Assembly: GCA_010015805.1 (NCBI GenBank)
Contig: ML978121.1
Location: forward strand, 2,976,001 to 3,040,000
Direction of reading: 5' to 3'
Origin: Rhizodiscina lignyota
Taxonomy: Eukaryota
DNA: 64,000 bases
Each line of letters starts with the position of its first letter. Position 1 is the stretch's first letter. This document shows positions 37,312-49,146 of this stretch, piece after piece. The notes beneath the pieces were generated by a model. That model had not been told where the DNA came from. It ran no database searches and saw only the letters and a program-made list of their open reading frames with translations. The position numbers were made by a program, and so were the translations under genes.

Positions 37312-39123
37312 ATGTACAGGATCCGCTGCAGAAGATTCAATTCAAAACCGTTCAAGCACCCACGGCGGCCTCCGGACCGAATTGCTACAGCCAATACCCG
37401 GTTCTTCGCGCGAAACGCCCAGCTACTCCTCGTCTCGCACCACTCACCACGACCTCAACCTTCCTTCCTCGCTCCCCTATCTTCTGGATCCCGCACTGGT
37501 CGATGGCAGCCTGCAAGATGGCTGACAACAGAGAAGAAAGAGGAGTACAAGGACCAGTTCCGGAGGGCCATAAGGTTCAATATCATCGCATATTCAATAA
37601 TCGGCTTCGGCCTGGTAATGACATATGCCATTATTCAAGACGTGCTGGAGGCAGAGAAGCCGACGCCGCAAGAATGGACTTTCTTTAGCAGAACGAAGCT
37701 GCGCAGCGCATATGGCAATCTGACGCAGGACGCGAATAGCATGGGCTTCACGGATTTTGCGCTAGTCGGCTCGTTGTATAGAAAACTTCTGGAGCGGCTG
37801 GAGGATCCAAATATCGACGGTGCCGGATTGGTTGAGCAGGAAGAAGGTGGAATTGATACACAAGGTGCTGGCAGGGCCGGGTTTGACATTACCAGCAAGA
37901 GCGATGCCTGGCGGGCTGGCTATTTCGAGTGTTTGATGGGTTGCGCGAAAGCTGCGGAGCATCTTGATGGCCAGGTCGTAATCGTCAAATCGAACAAGGT
38001 TCTGCCAGCGCATTACGTACCGGGGCCGTCTAATCCCAATCCGAAGCCAATGCCGCCATGGCGAGGTTCATCTCCGCCCCATGAAGACGAAGTTGCGCCT
38101 GCATCGCTGCCGCCAGAGCATTTCTATGTGCAAATCCTTACGACGAAAGGCTTCACGACGAAGGAAAGGATGGACGCAGCCATAGCTTACGGAGAGTGGC
38201 TTGACTTCAAGCAACTCTACGAGGCCGCTGAAGAGGCGTACAGGTGGGCTCTCGACATTGCCACCGAAAACATACCAAATGCTTCCACTATCATTAACCC
38301 TTTAACTGGCATTTTGCGCTCTGGATCTGATTCTGTATCTACAAACATTCTGACTGCAACGACCGCTCTGGCCACACATTATGCCCTGGAGTCTAGAGCG
38401 TCGGATGCCCTGCCCATCTATCTTTCTGTACTACGTGCGCGACGAAATGCTCCCGAAGGACTCCCGCTTCCAAACCTGGCGGCTCAAGATGGAAATACCT
38501 ACGACAATCGCCCAGCTACCGATATCGAGGCCATCGGGCGCTGGTTCAGGTACTTCGCGTCACTCTTCAAGGAGAAGCCTTTCCCCATCCCCGCAACAAC
38601 TGGCGACGAGCCGTTTATGAGGCGATCAGGCGATGCCGACGGATGCGAAGATGCCAAGATCATGGCATACATCGGAGAGATTCTATTCGCATCCGCGCCG
38701 AGTGAAAAGGCCCAGAACGACGCCATCAGATGGACTCGAGACGCTGTCGAAATCTCAGACCGCGGTCTGCAGAGCACCAGGCTTCAGAAAGCAGAGAGGC
38801 TCAAATGCTTGGATTGTAAATCGGTGGCGCTGGATAACTGGTTTACCATGGCGAAACGGATGTCGGAGGCCGAGCGCCAGCGACGACTTGCGGGGACGAC
38901 TCAGCGTAAGGGCTGGTTTGAGTTTGCGTCCGCTCAACCAGCAACGCCTGAAAGTGCAATCGAAGAACAGGGTGGTGGGAGGAGAGGCCCGTGGCGGTGT
39001 CAAGAAGAGAAGGATGCGGAGTTGAAGTTCCAGCAGCATTTGAGGCAGGGGATGCGGGAGAAGCTGACGCAGACGCCTTTCACTGCGGTATGGAGCAAGA
39101 TTGGATTCCTCATGCAGATATAA
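37312..39123 (+). CDS. Hypothetical protein, probably mitochondrial, with one TM segment and a helical-repeat-like body
   Basis: 603-aa intronless ORF; Arg-rich N-terminus; TM segment IIAYSIIGFGLVMTYAII; divergent from VMA22 with about 195 bp between start codons. Confidence 0.7.
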   Translation: MYRIRCRRFNSKPFKHPRRPPDRIATANTRFFARNAQLLLVSHHSPRPQPSFLAPLSSGSRTGRWQPARWLTTEKKEEYKDQFRRAIRFNIIAYSIIGFGLVMTYAIIQDVLEAEKPTPQEWTFFSRTKLRSAYGNLTQDANSMGFTDFALVGSLYRKLLERLEDPNIDGAGLVEQEEGGIDTQGAGRAGFDITSKSDAWRAGYFECLMGCAKAAEHLDGQVVIVKSNKVLPAHYVPGPSNPNPKPMPPWRGSSPPHEDEVAPASLPPEHFYVQILTTKGFTTKERMDAAIAYGEWLDFKQLYEAAEEAYRWALDIATENIPNASTIINPLTGILRSGSDSVSTNILTATTALATHYALESRASDALPIYLSVLRARRNAPEGLPLPNLAAQDGNTYDNRPATDIEAIGRWFRYFASLFKEKPFPIPATTGDEPFMRRSGDADGCEDAKIMAYIGEILFASAPSEKAQNDAIRWTRDAVEISDRGLQSTRLQKAERLKCLDCKSVALDNWFTMAKRMSEAERQRRLAGTTQRKGWFEFASAQPATPESAIEEQGGGRRGPWRCQEEKDAELKFQQHLRQGMREKLTQTPFTAVWSKIGFLMQI

Positions 39124-39722
39124 GACGAACTGTTGGATCACTCAAACTCCCCTGTTCCAGTTTCTCCTGTTCGACTGTGGCTCTACAAGCTTTTAGCTGT
39201 ACCATCATCATGTTAGATAGCAGTTTTCTCAAAGATACCACTAGCTTTGCAAGATCATATCATATCAATTATGGAGGTGTGTTTTTGGTGCCAATCACAT
39301 TTGCTCAAAGGGTCAATATAGCACCTGCCATAGTGTATAGAAAGGGCTTCTGACCACACTTTTGACATGATGAGGCTGATTTATAGTGACAAAGATTACT
39401 TCGGCCACTTTATTTGACAGATTCGTAAGTCGCAACGCCTACGTAAGTGCGAGCATCTTTTGCTCTTCAAGGTAAACGGGACTATCTCAGAAAGCTTAGT
39501 TTTACGTTCTCTGGAGTGTATATAATAGCAACATACCGCTGAAAACATTATATACTTTATTGGCTATCATATGTAGCTGTGTTGTGTGACTGTGTCTTGA
39601 AAGCTGTTGCCACCTTTTTCACGCTCGAGCTCGTGTGCCCAGGCTGGAGAATTTCAAGTCCTTGATCTTTTTTCCCAATTTCTAGGAATGCCCATCCACT
39701 TTCGGTCAATGCAATATGAAGC

Positions 39723-40853
39723 TCAATAACCACCATTTTGGCCAGCATCATGCGTCTCACCATCACGTACACCACTCGCTTCTTCCACAATCGTAACACC
39801 AGCACTCGCACCGATCCTAGTGGCACCGGCCGCAGCCATCTTCTGCATGTCGTTAAACGATCTGATCCCTCCGCTCGCTTTGATCTGCATGGGTTCATCC
39901 GCCGTCTCCTTTGCTGCCGCTATTGCCACGCTCTTCATGAGCCTGACATCTTCTACAGTCGCACCGCGTTCGCAGAAGCCTGTAGAAGTCTTGATGAAGT
40001 CGAAGCCTGCGTAGTGTGCCAGTACTGACGCCGCGATAATCTCATCTGTCGATAGTTGGGATGTCTCGAGAATGAGCTTGAGCGTCGTAGGACGCGAGGC
40101 AACATACCGGAGCTTGGAGAGGTCACTGAAGGTTGAGACGTAATCTGGCAGTTTCTCCAAAAGCCCAGAAGATGACGTGGTACGCGCTCTATGCAGATAT
40201 GAGCGGTTCAGCACGGCGTCCGCTTCCGTTGTTCCAGCCTCGATGGCAGCGGCTAGTTCTCTGTGTGTCGATTTAGCGCCATGAACTGCTAGCAGGCGTG
40301 GAGATTGAAGCAAATATCTGAATGAAAGAATAACGTGGGACAGGTATGGAAACGCACTTCTCTTTCGCCTCCCAGTCGGCCGTTCCTTCGGGAAAATCAA
40401 TCACACACGCAATGCCTACCGAAGTACCGGAGAGCTTTTTAACAGCACGTGCAACATAATTCAATCGCACACAGACAGTCTGAGGAGATAACAAACAGTT
40501 AGCAGTGCCACGTCTCCTCCATTTGCACTCTTTCGAGGGGCTGAAGTGGACCTGTGTAATAGGATAGAGGGAAGGGTAGATACTCTCGAAAAAATCCTTT
40601 TATGAGACCTAGAAGATACAAATGAACTGAAATGTTCTGTACGACTTACTTTGAAGTTGTATTTCTTCGCTTCGTCGCAAAGCTTGTCGATTTGTTCAGG
40701 TTCGGCGTCGGGCTTCAGCAGCGTGTGGTCGATGAATGCTGCGGCCTCGGCGGCACTCATAGATGCTAAAGGGGCATCTTTCGGCTCTATTAGTTTTGAT
40801 TCAATTGATTTGATCAAGCTGTGCCACTCTTCGTTCGTCAGATTTTGCATCAT
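39723..40853 (-). CDS. deoC: Deoxyribose-phosphate aldolase; 2 introns
   Basis: IDHTLLKP, TVCVR, VIDFPEG, LKLILET, DFIKTSTGF, IKASGGIR, GATRIGAS. Confidence 0.92.
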
Positions 40854-41165
40854 GGTGAGTGTCACGCCGATGGAGATGTTGACTAGTGAACCTGGAAGCG
40901 TCGAAGTGAAACTCGACACTTTCCGAGAGTGGGAAAGCGCTTCTTTCGCGCCAATATCAACGGGCCAACGGCTAATTACTACTTTATATTGACACCTGAG
41001 CATGAACAAACTCAACTGACACGAAAATAACCCACTCTACACTCTCCGAGACCTCTCTTGTATATAGCTAGCTTTGGGGGCAATCTTCGGCTTATTTAGT
41101 ACTGTACGATATCTGTGACTTATTCCCTAACGAACTCATTCCCTCCTCTGACACATCACAGCATA

Positions 41166-41962
41166 ATGTCTGACGACGCGGTCAAAGAAAAACAATCTAC
41201 GGTCTCGGATGACCCGAGCGGGGACACTCCAAGGCTGGAGACATTTTCCGAGTGAGTATTTTCTCACTTCGAATATCCCCTGGTCAATATATTAACACGC
41301 TTCAGCTATCTAACATCACCCATCGTTACTATCACAGTCGGAAGCCCCTCGCAATCCTTCTTCCTCCACGTGGGCTCCTCACTAAAGAGTCCAACAAGAT
41401 TCTCAAGGAGCTAAACGGCCCTTTCAAAGAGGCAAAGGAACTGAAGATCGATCTGTCCGAAGAAGACAGCCTGCTTTTTGCTCATTTCGTAAAATATCTC
41501 TACAGTGAGAAGCCGTGCGAAGCCCTTCCGACTGTACAAAACGGACACGTTTCGACGTATGTCTTGTTGGCACGGCTGTACGCTATGGGTGAGCGCTTGT
41601 GGGCTCCGAAATTCAAAGACGCTATTCTGCGCAACTTCACGGCTACATTTGACGTGAACACGGCAATCCCCGAGCACGACCTGTGTGAGCTTCTAAAGAT
41701 CGCGTGCGAGGAGATCACCGAGCGGGTACCTGAAGATGATGAGATGCGCAGGAACATCTTCTGGTTCGCTTCTTGTAGACTTACCAATCTTCAACGCTAC
41801 CCGGACTTCACTGAGGTTATGCTGGAAACGTATCCAGAGCTGGGACGGCAACTTGCTCTGCGCGCTGGGAATCCTGCCTATGCGGCTCAGCCTCCTCGGC
41901 CTAAAGGAGCTTTGGAATCTCGATTCAGGAACGAGTTTCTTTCGGTGGCCAAGTCTCGATAA
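41166..41962 (+). CDS. BTB/POZ-domain protein with an apparent 1-bp frameshift near 41372 (possible pseudogene or alternative acceptor)
   Basis: YLTSPIVTITVG...FFLH is in one frame, and LLTKES...GPFKEA...IDLSEED...FVKYLY...LARLYAMGERL is in another. Confidence 0.7.
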
Positions 41963-42761
41963 TCTTCTGGCAACGACTAGATGCTCTATGGACCGCGGAA
42001 TCAATTGATGGTTAAAAGGCTGAGCTGAAAGCGTATTGCCAGTACAAGGCTGCAATAGACAGAGTGAGAGGATTCTTCTGCTGGTCAAATGAGGACTGGA
42101 ACAGGATAGTGAAAGCAAGCATAGATACTTTTTGATCAAGATAGAGCATGTCAATTAAAGCCGTGCAATTTACATAAACATTAGCTGAAGTTCTGTTGAA
42201 ATGAACTTTCAGGTACGCTCTCATCTGCTTGATGAGCAGATGACTACTTTCTGCTACGCCGTCTGCACCTTCATATCCAGTCGTCGAGATGAGTACTTTG
42301 TCATCCTCACACTGCTCGGGGCTTTCTCCACTCCACCTCAACGTCGCCGCAACGGCGCCACCAAACATGGCCGACGTTAAGGAAATCCATAGTTACGCTT
42401 TATTCTGTGCGTGTGATGCCGTTGGAATATTTTTAATGTCGTATCTGCCAATTGAAGTCTATCTATTTCCAATTCTCGTGGAGTTCAGTTAAGGGGAGCC
42501 CACCATGGGACAAATATCACGACTGTGGCTCAACAGCCATTGGGCTAAACACAGCCGCTAACTCTATATGGCAAGGCGAATACCTCTCTCGTTGTTTCCA
42601 ACGTTCCTGCGTGGATCCATTGGTCGAATCGAGGCCGTGCACTCACTAGCGCATCATCCCTTCTGTGGATAGTCAGCATAAAAGATTCGAATGGCGGCGT
42701 ACACCCTCTTCCTCCTCTACATCTCATCAAGTACTACTATTAGCATAAAATCATCTTCACC

Positions 42762-43352
42762 ATGATGCCATCAGTACGTCTTATCGTTTTGATGTTGAGT
42801 TCTTTGATCCCGCACGTCGCAGGACTCCCTCAGCCAAGCCCAAAAATTACCGTGGAAGTGGTGAATAAGAATGACGGCAGTCATGGGAGATAGTAAGTCT
42901 ATGAGTGTTTGATACAGACACAACACTCATAGGGATACAGTACTCTAGAGGACACGGACCCAGCTGCGAGCGTCCAGTGCACCCCGTCATTGGTTGACGA
43001 CTACGTTTTCCACTTGTCGCTTAAAGAGTTCGAAGCCAAGGCGGCTGCCAAAGATCCTGGAAGTTGCGTCTGGGACACCAATCTATGCACCTCTTCTCCG
43101 GACGCGCCATTTGGAATGCCGTTCTATAAAGCGTGTAGACATCACGACTTCGGATACCGTAATTTCCAGAACCAGGGTCGATTGGATGGGGGCATGAGAA
43201 AAAGGGTAGATGGTCGATTCAAAGAGGACATGGACGTTATTTGCTCTGAGTATAAGGGGATGCAAAAATTCCGCTGCAAAACGGGAAAGTGGATTTACTG
43301 GAGTGCGATCCGGATGTTTGGCTGGACGAAGGTGAAAAGGCGATCCAATTGA
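42762..43352 (+). CDS. Secreted microbial-type (group XIV) phospholipase A2; 1 intron (42893-42940)
   Basis: Signal peptide; W..NLCTSSPDAPFGMPF..ACRHHDFGYRNF...VDGRFKEDM..IC. Confidence 0.85.
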
Positions 43353-43459
43353 GATCATTTGCTTCAAGGGAATCTTTAGAGTAATACTGATGGAGTACTG
43401 TGTAATGGAACTTCAATAGGACATCTAAACCGAGAAATGCAATAACTCCTCGAAGCCTT

Positions 43460-45178
43460 TTACGCAATGTTTGAGTCCTCCTTTTGTGCCATTTTCAGAC
43501 GGAGACCTACGATACCCACACAAATAGCGCTGACTACGAACATACCAGCGCTCACGAAAAGTGGAAGACCCACCAGGACGTCGATGCGTGTATCCAAGCC
43601 CCATGCTAGTACTTTTGGGAACAAGATGCTTGCTGCCAGCTTTCCGAAGATGCTCGCCATACTGAGAGTCGCCATGACCCGCGCTACCTTTGACCTCTCC
43701 ACCAAGGAGACTATGTAGGCCTGTGTCGCTGGCGGCAGCCCCTCACCGAAGAGATACACGATTACACCTGTGATGAATACAGTGCTCGTATTACTGAATC
43801 CAATGCATAGAGAACCAAGCGTAAGGAGGACGCTGCTGCAAACCATGATGACAAACTGGGCGAGCTGTGACCCAAGCCACGCGGCAGCTGCACGGTTCAA
43901 TGCGGGTAACATAATGGAGAAGTAGATGAGCATGAGGAAGCCCTCCATGCTAACAACCGAGGCAGCTTGCGGAAATGTCCAATGCAGCTTGATGACAGGA
44001 TATTGAACCTATTCATGTGTAGTAAATTAGCACGGCTCTGGTCTCATGTGTGCAGTGCAGGATAACATACCAGAGCGTACCAGTCGATGGCTTTGATTCC
44101 GGTCGCGGCAAAGCAGATGGAGAGAGCTAGAAGGAGGATATTGACAACGCCAACACCGGATACTGCACCAGCGAAACGCTCATAAGCGCCATGCATCCAT
44201 GCGGAGATGAAGGACCTTTTCCTATTTCCTTCCTGCCTGGTTGTGTCCTGCTCGACCGTGGCGTTGCTACGAGCGGCTGTGGCTGATTGTTTCGCTCCTT
44301 GGCTTTCATGCACCGTCTCAGGGAACATGAAAATAGTGATTAGAGCAGTTAGAATTGCGAGGGCAAGGCTAGCGAAGAGATTAATATGAGACGTTCCGCC
44401 TTTACCATCCAGATTCATTATCCATCCTCCGATGGATGGACAAAAAGTCTGTGCAAAGTATTGCATAGATGTAGTCAAGAAGAACAGAGAAGCTCGTTCC
44501 GTCGCAGAGGGCATAACGTCTGAATATGAGGCGAAGAGCATGGCCAAACCGATATCATAATTGCCACCAATTAATCCAGGCGTACCAGAGAGATAGAGTG
44601 TCCATATAGGTACTCTCGGGAATCCAAGATCTGTTCATCTGTCAGCGATTGGCTGGGCCATGGTTGTCGTGAAGCTTACAGAGTACGACCCATACTATGC
44701 AAGTGATGCAAACATTGACCTTGTGCAGAATCAGCACTGGCTTTCTCCCCCATCGGTCTGCTACCCATCCTAGCGGGATTGCTCCAATCATGGCGGAAAG
44801 CATCCGGACGAACATTATCAATCCCGCGCTTTTCGCTAGCTGCTTCTGAATGCTGTCGTCTTTGCACAACGTTTCAGGAATGTGCTTTCCAAGGTCTGCA
44901 AGGGGCGAGTGCCTTGCAGCGTAAAACTCGTAACAATACATAGCTTCGATTGCACGCATCGTTGCAACTTGCTTGACGAAGTACTCCGCTTCATTGATGA
45001 AGATGATGGTACAACCTAGCAAAGGTACCCATCGGTATTTTGGGGAAATGGTTGTGAATCCGAGCCATCTGTAACCTTTGATGGAATCTGCTTTTGATTC
45101 CAAGGATAAGAGACTGTCTGTAGAGTTCTTCCGGGCCAAGAGAGGTTCCTGCTCGCCATTGTTGCTCACGGGCTCCAT
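43460..45178 (-). CDS. MFS transporter; 2 introns
   Basis: Motif A GWVADRWGRKPVL; many TM segments across three exons. Confidence 0.85.
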
Positions 45179-45941
45179 CCCGGACTTCTTGCAATGTGAA
45201 CGCCGACACAAACAAGGATTAAATGACTTCGATTGCGCGTTAGAAATGCTTGAAAAGAAACGATCAAACTTGTGAGCTGCTAATACTTTCAACAGAAGAC
45301 CTTGTTAAGGAACTCTGGCAGCTTCAAGATCACTACTGCGGAGATCGAGCGCTTTGGAAAGATAAAGGACCGGATTTCAACGCGGTGACTGGCAGCTCAA
45401 CCTTTTGTAGATCGCCAGTTGTGCCCGAACTTGCATGCATTAGCTGGCGGCTACAACGGCAAAGGTTAGAGGCATGTGAGCGCGGATTGCAAACTCCCAT
45501 TTTCGGGTACAGCATTTCAATATTTCGGTCAGCTGCTTCATACCTTTGCAGCAGTGTAGGTCCAGGGTCAAATCCATTTAAAGTGGCTGCAAAGAGGTGT
45601 CCGCTTGGAGCTTATGGTCGTAGTCCAACATGTAGCCTGTCAACAGGGCGTGTTTTGCGATGGCATTCAAGCGACTCGAGAGATGAGATGGGAAAGACCA
45701 CTCCGCTGAGAACGTTGACGTGAACTCCGTCCTTGAGGTAAGATGTGGCCGTGATTTTAAGAACTCGGCCCCCTGTCATCGGAGATTACGGAATTAGGGC
45801 TAGGTTCGAGAGGTGGACATCGTGTGCCTGCCTTTGTGTTCATTCCTCACATGTTTCTTCAATATTTGCAGATTCTTGTCATCTCTTCCAATCTGTGTAC
45901 TTCTCTCGTTCATCTTCCAGAGTCAGGACAGTCAGGACAGC

Positions 45942-46490
45942 ATGGCTTCTCAACTCCCCACAGTCCCTCGAGTGACCTTCACCATCCTCGAGCCCATCTC
46001 CCTCTTTGCCGGCTGGATAGCACCCCTTATGTCGCCGGAGTACTTCGTTTCCAATCAGCTTCCTTCTTCCGCGCTACCTCACCCCTCCCTCGCAGAACCC
46101 AGCGCCTATCCACTTCGTCCACATGAGACGATTCTCGCCATGCAGGTCAGCAATTGCTACCTGCTGCTGGGCCTGCTGGGCATCTTCATACTGAATACTA
46201 CGACGGAATTGAAGGTCGTGCGGGCCTATCTGTGGGCGCTATGGCTGGGTGACATTGGACATGTGGGCGTGACTATGTGGTGCATGGGATGGGAGGCCGT
46301 CAGAGATGTTGGCAATTGGAATGCGGTAGTTTGGGGAAACATTGCAGCCACAGTGGTGCTTTTCTCGATCAGAACCGCGTACTTTGCAGGCTTGTTTGGT
46401 GAGAGGAATCCAAGGAGCGCGAGAGCGGCGAGAGGTGGAAGTGCATCCAGGGGAAGAGGGAAAGGAAGGGGGAAAGGCAAGACCAATTAA
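45942..46490 (+). CDS. Fungal 4-TM membrane protein of unknown function with an RG-rich tail
   Basis: FTILEPIS...YLLLGLLG...YLWALWLGDIGH...WGNI; tail RAARGGSASRGRGKGRGKGK. Confidence 0.7.
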   Translation: MASQLPTVPRVTFTILEPISLFAGWIAPLMSPEYFVSNQLPSSALPHPSLAEPSAYPLRPHETILAMQVSNCYLLLGLLGIFILNTTTELKVVRAYLWALWLGDIGHVGVTMWCMGWEAVRDVGNWNAVVWGNIAATVVLFSIRTAYFAGLFGERNPRSARAARGGSASRGRGKGRGKGKTN

Positions 46491-46549
46491 AGAGCATCTT
46501 ATCGTACGCTTCATACGGCCTGGCCATACTTCGCACCTTATGGCTCACA

Positions 46550-47875
46550 TTATTTGTCCTTATCAGCGGCCTCACTGTTCGAGTCTCCCACCTCCACACC
46601 GGGCATCCCCTCCAGACAGTCTCGAACACACTCTTCGAATGAAGCCCAACCCTCTGCCTTCCCGTATATTATCTTGTTGACTCTCTTCAAGATATCTTCT
46701 GCCCGATCATTCGGCACCTTCGATAAATCATGGCCGAGGCCCTCTATATCCGGCCCAAACTGGTCGACCTTGGTTGGATACAGCGTTCGCAGCGTTCCAA
46801 GCATTCTATTCCAATTCCATGTCTCAGAACAAGCGAATATGCGCTCTCCAGCTGTGTCAGGCAGGATAAGACCAGCTACGTGGATGGCAGCCGCAGCAGA
46901 TAACGGGGTAAAACGGCCTAATCCGTTCATTAGCGCATTCACATTCGACGATAGAGGATATGGCATTGTTTAGGCTAACGAGGGGGCAAGAAGTCTTTGA
47001 TCGCGTTCAGGTGGCCCGCATAGACAATTCGTGGGTAATTGGCACTCAGCACGCGGAGTCCTTCGTTTGCTTGATCGATTTGAGCTTGGTGGAGGATGCG
47101 GCCGAGCGATGGCTCAGGCAGCACTGGAAGTCATCAGCGTTCCGCAGTTCATACGACGAAAGAGTCTGCCGATTACCGCTGGTTAGGGTAAAACCTGGCT
47201 TCTCTTCCTCCATGAACTTCCACAAAGCCTGCTCCGTCTTTACTTTGCTCGCAGCATACACTCGCATCGGAAGGAACGGGCCACTGGGCGACGGACCATG
47301 CACAAATTCAGCATCCTCCTCATTCCAACTTTCTTGGGTCAGTGTAATTTCTTCATTGACTTTGGGACCCAAGGCAGCGGCACTTGAAGACGTATACACG
47401 AAGCGTTTTATGGTTGGCTGCTTCGCTGCCGCGCGAATAACATTCAATGCTCCCTCTACTGCGGGCGGAATGACTTCGTCGGCGACTGTTGAGAATGTCC
47501 CGATGGTCGCGAGATGGACGACTCCGGCACAGTCTTGTATAGTTACTTGGTTCAGCCCAATAACAAATGAATGCGGGGAATTTGATGAGACGAACCTTTG
47601 ACTGCTTCATCATAAGCACCGTCTACCGTCATGTCCTTGACCTCAACAGTCTCATACATGGCGCTGCCATATTTATTGTGGAAGTACTCGTCGAGCCATG
47701 CATTCCTCTGTCTATCTCGCGTAGCTCCGCGGACTTTGAGCCCAGCTGCGAGACATTGGTCTACCACGTGGCTGCCAATGAGGCCAGGTGCGCCGGTTAT
47801 GAGAACGAGTGAACCTTCGGCGAGAACTTCTCCATTTCCAAGCTCACTTGGAGGGAAATAAGAGAACTTCGTCAT
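46550..47875 (-). CDS. NAD(P)-dependent epimerase/aldehyde reductase II-like (extended SDR); about 3 introns
   Basis: LITGAPGLIGSHVV, GVVHLAT, KRFVYTSSSAA, catalytic YAASK. Confidence 0.85.
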
Positions 47876-48462
47876 ACTAGAAGCACAAACCCCTTGTAGG
47901 GAGGCAGTAATAGATATGTTTTAGTAGAAAGGAAAATTATGTCTATAGGGCACTGGAGGAGACCTAGATTTATCGGTGCGCAGGATGGTGACAAAGTAGA
48001 TGAGCCCGATTAACTGAATGACTGGAGTAAGAATGAGTTTTGTTCTCCAACACACACGAGAGCGTCTCTGAAAGGTCGATTAAATATATACCAGGTAGCA
48101 CTTATCCAAAGATACGCAGCTTCAGTGTGTATTACCGGTATTGACTAACGAGGATATGCATCCTCTCGGTTCGACAATCGACATATTGTAGCTACGACTC
48201 CAATTTTTTTGTCATCCACTTGACTTGTTGAAGGAGGATGTCCCTTGCCTTTGTCGTAAACTCCTATCAACATCGGCATCCATTGCACGACTTGCAATTC
48301 AGCTGAGCCCGTGCAGAAGAAACGCCCAACTGAGTTTTAGCGAATCAGGGTATATACCTTTCGTGTACCTAGACAATTTGAAAGGGCAGCTGTGCTACAT
48401 GTAGCTGGATAGCATCGTAAAAGCTCGTATATCTAGAGTCTAAATTCCATATTGGCCTGCTA

Positions 48463-48735
48463 CAGGCGCACTCGAGTACGCACTCCTCCCCATTTCGCGA
48501 AATGGAAACGTTTATCGTGAAGTTCGGCGACATTCGCTTTGCGCTAAAAAGGGGTGGCTGTGCACAGATGCCTTTTGACCAATAGATCAATCGCAATGTA
48601 GAGGCAGTCGATACCTCCCCACAGCTTGAGTTAAGGGGGAGGCGCTGAGCATTAGAGCAACAGTGAGATTGCACAGCCGCCCGTTTTTAGCGCAAAGCGA
48701 ATGTCTCCGAATTTCACGCTACTCGAGTGTGCCTG
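48463..48735. mobile_element. 273-bp MITE, Tc1/mariner-type (TA target duplication, 5'-CAG...CTG-3')
   Basis: TA|CAGGCGCACTCGAGTA...TACTCGAGTGTGCCTG|TA. An inner inverted repeat (48516-48564 vs 48670-48718) matches at 45/49. No ORF of note. Confidence 0.75.
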
Positions 48736-49146
48736 TAGACACCTTGCTACTGGGAGCTTTGCTGAACATCCTTACCAAGAGGTCAAATGGGAAGATGAGC
48801 TGAAAGATGAGCTCGAGTCCCATCGGACGATTAGCTGTCATCTCCGGATTGTCCAATGATCGTTGGGAACCACACAGATATCAGAATTCTACATAGTCTA
48901 AGGATGAGGCCAAATGGAACATAGAGGTGTTCTTAGGCATACTTTTAGACCGGTATTGATACCTTTAAGCTCCTTCCATCTCGGATTTGCACTTTCCAGG
49001 AATGGCTAAGGCAAATGCGTGCAAGATAGGGTGCTATGTTACGTGACCGATCTTATCTTCCGACGTCGGCATGAGCTATGCGCATCCTCCAAAGGCATCA
49101 GACAAACTTGCACGTGGATTCTACGCCCATAAAGTAAGTAGTCGAT

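Noticed and set aside
39723..47875. deoC, PLA2, MFS and reductase as a secondary-metabolite cluster
   Set aside because: No backbone enzyme (PKS, NRPS, terpene synthase) or pathway-specific transcription factor in the window, and the functions are unrelated.
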